Origin: an uncultured Eubacteriales bacterium
Lineage (GTDB): Bacteria > Bacillota > Clostridia > Lachnospirales > Lachnospiraceae
Reading direction: 5' to 3'
Assembly: GCA_949289065.1 (NCBI GenBank)
Contig: CASEMA010000007.1
Coordinates: 14,967 to 78,966, forward strand
DNA: 64,000 nt
Position numbers and translations under genes: made by a program
Shown: piece by piece, positions 27,294 to 36,675 of the stretch
How the letters are laid out: each line of letters begins with the position of its first letter
How positions within the stretch are numbered: position 1 is the first letter of the stretch
Notes under the pieces: generated by a model
Databases searched by the model: none
What the model saw: the letters and a program-made list of their open reading frames with translations, nothing else
What the model was told of the DNA's origin: nothing

Positions 27294-28883
27294 TTACCAG
27301 CGGCCAAACTCGGAAAGTTCAAGGTCCTTGTTTTTATCCAGAACGGTATTCACGGCCCATTCGTGGATAAAGAGAAGGAGCGGATTACCCTTCAGGTCTT
27401 TAATCCGTTTCATATCCGAGGTTCCGTTAATACGTGAAACATCTGTATCCGGACTGGTTACCCAGCGGATATATTCGTGAGGCATGGCATCCATGCGGAT
27501 TTCCACACCATATTCATTTTCAAGACGGAACTTTAAAACGTCAAACTGGAGGACGCCGACAACGCCGACGATAATTTCTTCCATACCTGTGTTATACTCC
27601 TGGAAAATCTGAATCGCGCCTTCCTGGGCAATCTGACTGATACCTTTGATAAACTGCTTACGTTTCATCGTGTCGACCTGGCGGACCTTGGCAAAATGTT
27701 CCGGAGCAAAGGTCGGTATGCCTTCATAGGCGAAGGTTTTGCCTGGCACAGAGATGGTGTCGCCAATGGAGAAAATGCCCGGGTCAAAGACGCCGATAAT
27801 ATCACCTGCATAGGCTTCATCCAGAATCTTTCTCTCCTGGGCCATCAATTGCTGCGGCTGGGACAGTTTTAATTTCTTTTTACCCTGAACATGAAAAACA
27901 TCCATACCGGCCTCAAATTTACCGGAGCAGATACGCATGAAGGCGATACGGTCCCGGTGGGCCTTATTCATATTTGCCTGAATCTTAAAGACGAAGGCGG
28001 AGAAATCTTTATCAAAGGGACTGACTTCGCCGATGTCGGATTTTCTCGGCAGCGGATGGCTTGTCATCTCAAGGAAGTAATTCAGGAAGATTTCAATACC
28101 AAAGTTGGTCAGAGCGGAACCGAAAAATACCGGCGTCTGTTTACCGTGGCTCACTTTATCGATATCAAATTCGGAGCTGGCGCCGTCCAGAAGTTCTATA
28201 TCGTCCTGGAGGGTCTGGAACAGTTCGTCGCCGACCATGCCGAGAAGTTCCGGAGAGTCTACGGCAAGATTTTCGGAAGCGACTTCCTTCTGTCCATTGG
28301 CAAAGGCGGTGAAGGTAGTCACGTGTTTTGCGCGGCGGTCATAAACACCGCGGAATTCTTTTCCGGAGCCGATCGGCCAGTTCATCGGACAGGTACTGAT
28401 GCCGAGAACGGATTCGATTTCATCCATCAGTTCAAATGGATCGTTGGCATCCCTGTCCATTTTATTAATAAAAGTAAAAATCGGAATATCTCTTAAGAGA
28501 CAAACCTTAAATAATTTCTTTGTCTGCGCTTCAACGCCCTTGGAGGCGTCAATGACCATGACGGCAGAATCGGCGGCCATCAGCGTCCGATAAGTATCCT
28601 CGGAGAAATCCTGATGTCCCGGTGTGTCCAGAATGTTAATGCAGTATCCGTCATATTCAAACTGCAGTACGGAGGAGGTGACGGAAATACCTCTCTGTTT
28701 TTCAATTTCCATCCAGTCGGAAACGGCATGCTTTGCCGTTTTCTTTCCTTTGACTGAACCCGCCAGATTGATGGCGCCGCCGTAGAGAAGGAATTTCTCT
28801 GTCAGGGTAGTTTTGCCCGCATCCGGATGGGAAATGATGGCAAAGGTTCTTCGCTTATTAATTTCTTCGTTTAAATTTGCCAA
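27294..28883 (-). CDS. prfC: Peptide chain release factor 3
   Basis: RRTFAIISHPDAGKTTLTEK, SDWMEIEKQRGIS, DTPGHQDFSEDTYR. Confidence 0.97.
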   Translation of the reverse strand: MANLNEEINKRRTFAIISHPDAGKTTLTEKFLLYGGAINLAGSVKGKKTAKHAVSDWMEIEKQRGISVTSSVLQFEYDGYCINILDTPGHQDFSEDTYRTLMAADSAVMVIDASKGVEAQTKKLFKVCLLRDIPIFTFINKMDRDANDPFELMDEIESVLGISTCPMNWPIGSGKEFRGVYDRRAKHVTTFTAFANGQKEVASENLAVDSPELLGMVGDELFQTLQDDIELLDGASSEFDIDKVSHGKQTPVFFGSALTNFGIEIFLNYFLEMTSHPLPRKSDIGEVSPFDKDFSAFVFKIQANMNKAHRDRIAFMRICSGKFEAGMDVFHVQGKKKLKLSQPQQLMAQERKILDEAYAGDIIGVFDPGIFSIGDTISVPGKTFAYEGIPTFAPEHFAKVRQVDTMKRKQFIKGISQIAQEGAIQIFQEYNTGMEEIIVGVVGVLQFDVLKFRLENEYGVEIRMDAMPHEYIRWVTSPDTDVSRINGTSDMKRIKDLKGNPLLLFIHEWAVNTVLDKNKDLELSEFGRW

Positions 28884-29040
28884 GGGAATACCTCCAAATC
28901 ATATCTGTTTCATAATCACTAAATTTAAATTATAGCTTATAGCCAAAGCCAGTGTCAATACGAAGAACCGGCATTTGCGGCAAATTTGATTGACTTATAT
29001 AAAAGATGTGTTTAGAATAAACAAAAGGGGTGAAAAAATC

Positions 29041-30165
29041 ATGGAAAAAGTTAAAAAAAGGAGCAAAGCGGGGGCGTTTTTCCGGGGCGTATTAATTATA
29101 TTTTTGGCTTTAATTCTTGTGATTGTCGGATATGTTGTTTATCTCCAGGTCAATTATTACCGGATTGAGGATCATGCGGCACTGGAAATCGAGAATAATA
29201 CGGAAAGCGTTCTTAAAATCGGTGATACGTATACAGCAGTCACGTACAATATTGGTTTTGGCGCCTATGGACCAGACTACAGCTTTTTTATGGATACGGG
29301 AGAGATGAAGGACGGAACGAAAACCTCTGGTAAATATGGAAAAGCTATGAGCCAGGAATCGGTCGAGGCCCACACAGAAGGGGCCCTTGGAGTTATTGAA
29401 GCTTTGGCGTCGGACTTTTATTTGCTTCAGGAGGTGGATGTGGACGCGGACCGGAGCTATCATGTGAATCAGGAAGCTTATATAAAAATGGCGATGACGG
29501 ATTATGCCAGTGTTTTTGCCAACAATTTTCATTCGGCTTATCTTTTTTATCCATTTAACGATCCCCATGGAGCGGTACAGGCCGGCTTATTAAGCTTCAG
29601 CCGTTATCAGATTTCAGAAGCAGAGCGCCGTAGCTATCCGGTGGATAACAGTTTTATCACAAAATTCACCGATTTGGACCGCTGTTTTGCCGAAATGCGC
29701 CTTCCAGTGGAGGGCGGGCATGAGCTTGTCTTGATCAACAGCCATATGTCGGCCTATGACGAGGGCGGCACCATTCGCGCTCAACAGCTGGAATTACTCA
29801 ATTCAGTGATTGCTGAGGAATATGCCAAGGGGAATTATGTGATCGTTGGCGGGGATTTTAATCATGCCATGGGTGAAGAAGTGGCGGAAGGATTTCCTTC
29901 GGAGCAGAAGTTTCCGGAGTGGGTGGCCGTACTGACCGATGAGGATCTGACCGACGGGGTCCGTATCGTGCGGGCGGATAATGAACTGGAAGTGCCGACC
30001 TGCAGAGGCGCGGATATCGTTTATACGAAGGGCGTGAACTATACGACGGTTGTCGATGGTTTTCTTGTGACGGATAATGTTCGAGCTACGGCAGAAAATA
30101 TCGATACGGATTTTGCTTACAGTGACCATAATCCGGTGAAGCTCCAATTTGAACTTATAAAATAA
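29041..30165 (+). CDS. Membrane-anchored endonuclease/exonuclease/phosphatase-family protein
   Basis: N-terminal TM; YNIG, LQEVD, GGDFN, VDGF, SDHNPV. Confidence 0.85.
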   Translation: MEKVKKRSKAGAFFRGVLIIFLALILVIVGYVVYLQVNYYRIEDHAALEIENNTESVLKIGDTYTAVTYNIGFGAYGPDYSFFMDTGEMKDGTKTSGKYGKAMSQESVEAHTEGALGVIEALASDFYLLQEVDVDADRSYHVNQEAYIKMAMTDYASVFANNFHSAYLFYPFNDPHGAVQAGLLSFSRYQISEAERRSYPVDNSFITKFTDLDRCFAEMRLPVEGGHELVLINSHMSAYDEGGTIRAQQLELLNSVIAEEYAKGNYVIVGGDFNHAMGEEVAEGFPSEQKFPEWVAVLTDEDLTDGVRIVRADNELEVPTCRGADIVYTKGVNYTTVVDGFLVTDNVRATAENIDTDFAYSDHNPVKLQFELIK

Positions 30166-30179
30166 GCACAAAAAATACG

Positions 30180-30220
30180 AAAACTCCTGTTTTGGTATGT
30201 GGCCAGAGCAGGAGTTTTTT
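30180..30220. terminator. Intrinsic terminator
   Basis: AAAACTCCTG...CAGGAGTTTT(TT). Confidence 0.7.
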
Positions 30221-30329
30221 AATTAGGCGGCTGCTAAAAAATATTATTTTTTGTATGAATATTTATGATCAGGGCGTCTAATAAGTATAAACAATCGTTG
30301 GTACCGATGAGTTTTGAGGAGGCGGGATA

Positions 30330-30857
30330 GTGAGTGAAAAAAATATTGAAGTTTGGGTAAAAAAAGCCATACGGGGCAATGTGGATGCCTATGGACACTT
30401 GGTAGAGATATATAAAACTTATTTATATAGAACGGCCTGGCTTTATGTGCATAATGAAGATTTTGCCCTGGATGTGGTGCAGGAAAGTATTCTCAAAGGC
30501 TTTCGGCAGATAAAGACACTGAGGGAAGCGAAATATTTTAAAACCTGGATGACACGCATTTTAATCAACACAGCCAGGGACATGATGGCGGGCCGGAAGC
30601 CGGTATATCAATTGGAGCAGGCGGCTCGGGCGGCGGATGAAGGCAGTAGTCTGGAAGAGAAAATGGATTTGTATAATGCCATTCAAAGACTTCCGGAGCA
30701 GTATCAGTCTGTAGTTATATTAAAGTATTTTAATGATATGAAGCTGTCGGAGATTGCGGAAACGCTGCAAATACCGGAAGGGTCAGTATCCGCCTATTTG
30801 TTCCGGGCAAAGCAGGAATTAAGAAATATTTTGAAGGAGGGCTACCGTTATGCGTAA
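30330..30857 (+). CDS. ECF sigma factor (SigV/SigW-like)
   Basis: DVVQES.LK, FKTWMTRILIN, region-4 EIAE.L.IPEGSVSAYL.RA; CGTCTAATA at 30275 may be its own -10. Confidence 0.88.
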   Translation: MSEKNIEVWVKKAIRGNVDAYGHLVEIYKTYLYRTAWLYVHNEDFALDVVQESILKGFRQIKTLREAKYFKTWMTRILINTARDMMAGRKPVYQLEQAARAADEGSSLEEKMDLYNAIQRLPEQYQSVVILKYFNDMKLSEIAETLQIPEGSVSAYLFRAKQELRNILKEGYRYA

Positions 30858-32037
30858 ATGGATGGAAAAAATTCCCGTACCTGATAATTTGGACCAGGTC
30901 GTGGAAAAAAGCTTATATCAGTTAAAATTTGAACAGAAGCGAAAGCGCAGACGCCGGTGGGCGATGGCCGGGAGTATGACGGCGGCAGTTTTTGTGGTGA
31001 CGCTTCTTTTCTTCGGGACCCATCCGGCCTTGGCCGGCAAGCTTCCCTTTATTGGTCATTTATTTGAGCAGGTAGAGGATGATGTGGCTTATTCGGGAAA
31101 ATACAGTGAAAAAGCGGAAACCCTGTTTTCGGAAGAGGAAGCGCAAAAACTAGATCAGGGGGAGGTGGCGAAGTCTCCATATATCCAGACGTCTAGCGGG
31201 GTTACAGTAACCGTTTCTGAAGTCTACTGTAATCAGTATGCTTTGTATCTGGCTGTAAAAATTGATTGTGAAGAGGGCTTTCCAGCAGACTTTAACGGCC
31301 GGGATAAAGCGGATGAGTGGCATAGAGAATATATCATGCATAGCAGCAGCTCCGGATTTGGGGAAAATTTTATCGGAGGCTCTACAGAGTGGATTGAGGG
31401 ACAGTTCAAGGATGATCATACATTTGTCGGAATTTACCGTGAAGATCTTGGGGCAGTCAGAGACGATGAAAACTATGAACTGGTATCCCTGCCGGAAACA
31501 TTTACTTATACATGGAAGATCGATGATCTTTTCGGTATGTCCAGTGTGGGAAGTGAATGGAAGTTGCACAAGCCGGATGGCACAGAGTATGTTTTATGGG
31601 ATGAGGAATGCAAGCACTATCAGGGGCAGTGGAACTTTGAAATGGAGATTCATAAGGATGAATCCCGTACACGGACCATCGAGGTTGGTGAGACCGGTGA
31701 CAGCGGCGTAGGTATTGATACGGTTATCAAAACGCCTTATGAGGTTACAGCCAATCTGAGCGTGCCGGAAGGCTATACGGCGAGTGATTATATGCTGGTC
31801 ATTTGTGATTCGGATGGAGATATATTACCGTGTCAGGGAAGCAATACATCGATATACAACATATATCAGCGAAATACGGATAAAATATATGTGTTTGTCT
31901 GTGATTATTACGAATACTTTAACGAGTTGAAAATATATCGCTGGAAAGGGGACTATGAAGAAAAAAAGAAGGAGAAAACCTTTGCCGAATATTTATCAGA
32001 GCATGCCCTGGTATCGGCAGAAGTGACCTTTGAATAA
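30850..32037 (+). CDS. Anti-sigma factor (DUF4179-like)
   Basis: Overlaps the sigma gene; basic patch, TM, then HPALAGKLPFIGHLFEQ. Confidence 0.75.
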   Translation: MRKWMEKIPVPDNLDQVVEKSLYQLKFEQKRKRRRRWAMAGSMTAAVFVVTLLFFGTHPALAGKLPFIGHLFEQVEDDVAYSGKYSEKAETLFSEEEAQKLDQGEVAKSPYIQTSSGVTVTVSEVYCNQYALYLAVKIDCEEGFPADFNGRDKADEWHREYIMHSSSSGFGENFIGGSTEWIEGQFKDDHTFVGIYREDLGAVRDDENYELVSLPETFTYTWKIDDLFGMSSVGSEWKLHKPDGTEYVLWDEECKHYQGQWNFEMEIHKDESRTRTIEVGETGDSGVGIDTVIKTPYEVTANLSVPEGYTASDYMLVICDSDGDILPCQGSNTSIYNIYQRNTDKIYVFVCDYYEYFNELKIYRWKGDYEEKKKEKTFAEYLSEHALVSAEVTFE

Positions 32038-32122
32038 AAAAATAAAGGATTGTTCCGGCGGAAGGTTAATGTTATACTGTCTAAGGAGCTTGAAACTCTG
32101 ACTTGGAAAGGATGGTTATTCT

Positions 32123-32641
32123 ATGAGTAATATTCAGGAGATAGAAACATCCGTCGGAACCTTTATGGCCAGCCGGGTGGAATTTTATGAAAACGGTGCG
32201 GTGAAATCCGCAGAACCGGAACAGCAAGTTTTTTTCAGTCATCAGACAGGGCTGTACATTGCCTTTGATAATACACCATTAAAGGACGAGGAGCATCTGC
32301 CGACGCTGGAATTTGAGCCGGACGGGCGGGTGAAGGCCCTTCGGACGATAGGAACCGGATTAATCTGCCGGCCGAAGGACGGTGAAAAAACCAGAGGCGT
32401 GGTTCACATTGGCGCGGAGTGGCGGCCGGACCCGAGGAATACGGGGGCAAATGTGCTGATTCCCATCCGGATACAGTTTTTTGAAGAGGAGCTGCGTGTG
32501 ACGGACAGCGACGGACAGGAACATCAATTGCCTTTTGACGTATATGACATCCAGGTGGATTACCTGACGGATAATATCGTTATGGGCGGCGGTTGCGGAG
32601 ACTGCAGTACGTGCAATGGAGGCTGTAGTGTGCAGTCATAG
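32123..32641 (+). CDS. Hypothetical protein with C-terminal CxxCxxCxxxC
   Basis: Ends GGGCGDCSTCNGGCSVQS; hairpin terminator near 32650-32675. Confidence 0.6.
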   Translation: MSNIQEIETSVGTFMASRVEFYENGAVKSAEPEQQVFFSHQTGLYIAFDNTPLKDEEHLPTLEFEPDGRVKALRTIGTGLICRPKDGEKTRGVVHIGAEWRPDPRNTGANVLIPIRIQFFEEELRVTDSDGQEHQLPFDVYDIQVDYLTDNIVMGGGCGDCSTCNGGCSVQS

Positions 32642-32743
32642 AAAACATCGAGGGCGGCATAGATAAGCTGCCCTTGTTTTTTTGTAAAATTTCAGGGAAA
32701 ATGTGAACACTTCGTGAAACTTTTATGAACATCTATAAATTTC

Positions 32744-32761
32744 ATGTGAAATGATTGACAT
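32744..32761 (+). promoter_or_regulatory. Possible Rex-like operator overlapping the gltA -35 box
   Basis: ATGTGAA-ATGA-TTGACAT vs TTGTGAA-N4-TTCACAA; promoter TTGACA(32755)-18-TACAAT. Confidence 0.4.
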
Positions 32762-32817
32762 AACTTTTTAAACAATGTTACAATTTATTCTAATAGTAAA
32801 ATGGAGGTGTATATCTT

Positions 32818-34182
32818 ATGGAGCAAAAGGAGAAGAGGAATCTTGTAGAATATACGGATATATACGGAAAGATATGCGAGAATACGGATTTGATTTCAGC
32901 GGAGCTTTTTGATGAATATGGTGTAAAACGGGGACTTCGGGATAAGAACGGAAACGGTGTTTTGTCCGGATTGACACATATTTCAAAGATTCAATCATTT
33001 AAAAACGTTGATGGAAAAAAAGTACCGTGCGATGGCCGGCTATGGTATCGAGGATATGATGTTACCGATTTGGTCAAAGGATTTAAGGGAGAGCGCTTCG
33101 GATATGAGGAAGTCGCTTATTTGCTTTTATTCGGCCGTTTGCCGAATGTGGCGGAGCTGGCTGAGTTTAAAAGTATTCTGAATGCCAGTCGCACATTGCC
33201 GACAAATTTTACGAGAGATGTTATCATGAAGGCGCCAAGTAAGGATATTATGAATTCTATCACGAAGAGCGTATTGACGCTGGCTTCTTATGATGATAAT
33301 ATGGCGGACCCATCCATCAGCAATGTGCTGCGACAGTGTCTGCAGCTGATCGCGATTTTCCCTATGTTGTCCGTGTATGGATATCATGCCTATAATCACT
33401 ATGAGTGCGGAGACAGCTTTTACATTCATCGTCCAGATGAAAATCTTTCCACCGCAGAAAATATTCTTCTTATGCTCCGTCCGGATAAAGGCTATACAGA
33501 GCTGGAAGCAAGGGTTCTGGATATCGCTCTTGTATTACATATGGAGCACGGCGGCGGTAATAATTCCACCTTTACAACCCGCGTTGTATCTTCGGCGGGT
33601 TCGGATACCTATTCGGTAGTGGCTGCGTCCTTGTCCTCTTTGAAGGGACCGAAGCATGGCGGCGCCAATATTAAGGTTGTGGAGATGATGCGGGATTTGC
33701 GCGAGCAGGTGTCGGATCTGAATGATGAAGAGGCGGTCAAGGAATATCTTGGAAAGCTTTTAGATAAGCAGGCTTTTGATAGGAAGGGCCTGATCTATGG
33801 CATGGGTCATGCCGTTTATTCCCTTTCTGACCCAAGAGCACAGATTTTCAAGAGCTTTGTAGAGAGGCTGGCGAAGGCAAAGGGACGGGATGAAGAGTTC
33901 CGCATTTATTCAGCTGTAGAACGTCTGGCGCCGGAGGTTATCGCAGAAAAACGGAAAATATATAAGGGCGTCAGCGCCAATGTGGATTTTTACAGCGGTT
34001 TTGTTTATAACATGCTGGATATTCCGTTGGAATTATACACACCGATTTTTGCCATGGCACGAATTGTCGGCTGGAGTGCCCATCGTATTGAAGAGCTCGT
34101 TAATGTGGATAAGATTATCCGGCCGGCTTACTTAAGTATCATGGAGGAAAAAGAATATAAGTCTTTGGAGGATAGAAAGTAA
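32818..34182 (+). CDS. gltA: Citrate synthase (Si-type family)
   Basis: LWYRGY, HMEHGGGNNSTFTTRVV, GPKHGGAN, YGMGHAVY, ANVDFYSG. Confidence 0.9.
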   Translation: MEQKEKRNLVEYTDIYGKICENTDLISAELFDEYGVKRGLRDKNGNGVLSGLTHISKIQSFKNVDGKKVPCDGRLWYRGYDVTDLVKGFKGERFGYEEVAYLLLFGRLPNVAELAEFKSILNASRTLPTNFTRDVIMKAPSKDIMNSITKSVLTLASYDDNMADPSISNVLRQCLQLIAIFPMLSVYGYHAYNHYECGDSFYIHRPDENLSTAENILLMLRPDKGYTELEARVLDIALVLHMEHGGGNNSTFTTRVVSSAGSDTYSVVAASLSSLKGPKHGGANIKVVEMMRDLREQVSDLNDEEAVKEYLGKLLDKQAFDRKGLIYGMGHAVYSLSDPRAQIFKSFVERLAKAKGRDEEFRIYSAVERLAPEVIAEKRKIYKGVSANVDFYSGFVYNMLDIPLELYTPIFAMARIVGWSAHRIEELVNVDKIIRPAYLSIMEEKEYKSLEDRK

Positions 34183-35117
34183 TGAAAATCTGGTTTAGAA
34201 AAATTATCGGTATCTCATTAATTGCCGTACTTTCAGCGGCTTTACTTGCTGGCTGCGGCGGTAAGGAAGAGGAAACAGAAACAGAGACAACGACATCGGA
34301 AACCCATCCGGTTGAATCCCGGGATTTAGACGCCAAAGTGGGGCAGGTTGTGTCTTTAAATAACGGCGCTCTTATTATGAATACAAGTGACGGAACAACT
34401 TTAGAATTTGATATTTCCGGTGTGAATAAGGTAAATAGAGAATCGATCATGGCGGAAAATACCGTGGCGGTTGTTTACAGCGGTGTTGTGACGGGAACAG
34501 ATACGTCGGGAGCGACGGTGGAACTGGTGATCGCCATGAGTGACAGTGGGGCGTCCGGAAGCGGCGACGGCGGACAGTTATCGGGCAGTGAAAGCCGGAT
34601 TTCAGGTACGGTGATCGAATACATCGAAGGCAGCAGACTGGTCATTGAAGGCTCGGCGGACGGCGAGTATTATTACTTCTCGGCAGAAAATGCCGTAGTA
34701 AGTAATGCGGCGGACATTGAAGAAGGCGATATGGTAACGGTTGTTTATACCGGAGATCTTGAAGGCGATGATCTGGTTCCTGCAGAACGGATCAGCGTGA
34801 GCAGCTCGGCCGACAGCTTAACGGGAGGAGCTTCAGGGAATGTATCTGATAATAACGACTCTGAAAGCGACTCGTCGGGCAGTAGCCTTTCCTCTTCCGG
34901 GACAGATAAGATTAGCGGTACGATTGTTTCGGCCTCGATGAATACCGTGACGATTCGAACGAGCAGCGGCACAAGGTATACTTTTTCGACAATAGATGCC
35001 GACATGTCTTCGGCGGAAGGCCTTTTCGAGGGGACAGCAGTAACCCTGTATTATACGGGAGACCTTTCAGAAGGGGCGGAAACCGTAACAGTGACTTCTG
35101 TTGAAGCCGGTGAATAA
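34182..35117 (+). CDS. Lipoprotein with three repeated beta-rich domains and Ser-rich linkers
   Basis: Lipobox LLAGC; repeats ISGTV/I...V.V.Y.GDL; TAATG overlap with gltA. Confidence 0.7.
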   Translation: MKIWFRKIIGISLIAVLSAALLAGCGGKEEETETETTTSETHPVESRDLDAKVGQVVSLNNGALIMNTSDGTTLEFDISGVNKVNRESIMAENTVAVVYSGVVTGTDTSGATVELVIAMSDSGASGSGDGGQLSGSESRISGTVIEYIEGSRLVIEGSADGEYYYFSAENAVVSNAADIEEGDMVTVVYTGDLEGDDLVPAERISVSSSADSLTGGASGNVSDNNDSESDSSGSSLSSSGTDKISGTIVSASMNTVTIRTSSGTRYTFSTIDADMSSAEGLFEGTAVTLYYTGDLSEGAETVTVTSVEAGE

Positions 35118-35140
35118 ACCGATAAAGAGTAGATAAAGAG

Positions 35141-35164
35141 GGCTCCGGAATTTCTTCCGGAGCC
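35141..35164. terminator. Hairpin between convergent genes
   Basis: GGCTCCGGAA-TTTC-TTCCGGAGCC. Confidence 0.65.
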
Positions 35165-35182
35165 TTATTTTGTATATTTCTA

Positions 35183-36460
35183 TCAATTTCTTACAACAAC
35201 GGAGATGCCGTTTGGAATACATGTCAGGCTGGCATCTGCCCCCTTAAGCTCTCTGGCCCGCGCATAAGCGGCCTCAAGTGTCGGGAAGTATTCCGCCTTC
35301 ATGTCTGTGATCATCTGGGCCTGTTCCGGCTCTGCGACGAAGAGCAATTTATGTTTACGGACAATACGGCAGTAAATCTGTGAACACCACTGGTCGGCTA
35401 CGGTGTCCTCCTGGGCTGTTGCCATACATTGCTTGTAGAAGGCGTCTGCGGATTCGGCTTCGGCGATGGAACGGTAATACTGCTCGCCGCCGTGGCCGTC
35501 AGAGCATGTAGCCAGCATGATTATAACGGCATCCGGATTCGCCGTGGCTTCTCCGGCGCTCATGCCTTTGGAACACTGATAAGCATTCTGGTCAAGCGGG
35601 TATCCGCCGTTGGTTGTGATGACAATGTCTGCTGGGGCCGGTTTAACAACGCAATATTTGGAAAGGAACTCAACACCCTTCCGGTGGGCGGTGTTAAAAT
35701 GACCGGCGAAGGCGGCAACCGTCTTTTTATCCTCATCAATAACCACATTACAAATAAACGCAAGTTTAGCCATCTGAGCAGCGGCAATCATATCCTCGTG
35801 GATCGGGTTTTTATCGAGAATACCAGTACGGGCATACGGGCTGTCGATAAATTTGGAACAGTGGTTGCCCATGACTGTTACGGCATCGCAGACGCCTGGA
35901 AGGACGCTCTTACGGCCGCCGGAAAAGCCGGCGAAGAAATGGGCTTCGATAAAACCTTCTGCGACGAGAAGAGAAGCGTTTAAAGCCACCTTGTCAATAA
36001 TGCAATCCGGCCCGGATGGCAGCTGGCCGACTTTTCCGTTTTGCTCCGGGTCATGGGCGTCATGGACAACGATGTTATCTTTAAATTCTTCATAAAGAGC
36101 GTCGCCAAGCTTACTCTTTAATTCATCAATGCTTGTCGGACGATGGAAGCCTGTGGCGACCAAAAGGGTAATCCGAATATCCGGGTTTCCCATTCTGAGC
36201 TCACGGATCATATGCGGCAGGATATCCTGGCTTGGTACAGGGCGAGTATGATCGCTGATGATGATTGTACAGTCCGGTTTATCTTTGGCAAGCTCAAAGA
36301 GACGAGGGCTGTCGATTGGATGTTCCATGGCCTCTGCAACAATGTCATAACCGCTTTTGTCACTGCTCAATTCGTCGAGGTTGGAGGTTAAGACCGGCGT
36401 ATTGTCTGGAACATCTAAATTTAGAGTTGTTTTTCCATAAAGAAAGTTTACAGTTTTCAT
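35183..36460 (-). CDS. larA: Nickel-pincer lactate racemase family protein
   Basis: ISDHTRP, ATGFHR, HFFAGFSGGRKSVLPG, GGYPLDQNAYQ..KG. Confidence 0.88.
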   Translation of the reverse strand: MKTVNFLYGKTTLNLDVPDNTPVLTSNLDELSSDKSGYDIVAEAMEHPIDSPRLFELAKDKPDCTIIISDHTRPVPSQDILPHMIRELRMGNPDIRITLLVATGFHRPTSIDELKSKLGDALYEEFKDNIVVHDAHDPEQNGKVGQLPSGPDCIIDKVALNASLLVAEGFIEAHFFAGFSGGRKSVLPGVCDAVTVMGNHCSKFIDSPYARTGILDKNPIHEDMIAAAQMAKLAFICNVVIDEDKKTVAAFAGHFNTAHRKGVEFLSKYCVVKPAPADIVITTNGGYPLDQNAYQCSKGMSAGEATANPDAVIIMLATCSDGHGGEQYYRSIAEAESADAFYKQCMATAQEDTVADQWCSQIYCRIVRKHKLLFVAEPEQAQMITDMKAEYFPTLEAAYARARELKGADASLTCIPNGISVVVRN

Positions 36461-36593
36461 AATTTGTCTCCTTTTAAATCCCTTCATAATGTTATTACAA
36501 TAATTACTTATTTTATGGTGCTATTATAGGGTAATTTGTTTAAATTGTCTACAAAAGTTATTTATTTAACATGGGTTTTGTATTAATCTACAA

Positions 36594-36610
36594 AATTGGT
36601 TGGACCATTT
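36594..36610. promoter_or_regulatory. FadR/LldR-type operator upstream of larA
   Basis: AATTGGT-TGG-ACCATTT vs AATTGGT-N3-ACCAATT. Confidence 0.55.
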
Positions 36611-36675
36611 TGAAAAAATTGCAAAATTATATGAATTGCATATAATATTATCAAATAGATTGGAGTGTTTTTAAA

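Noticed and set aside
30250-30283. ECF autoregulatory promoter
   Set aside because: The CGTCTAATA -10 is plausible but no AAC-type -35 sits at the right spacing; kept only as a note.
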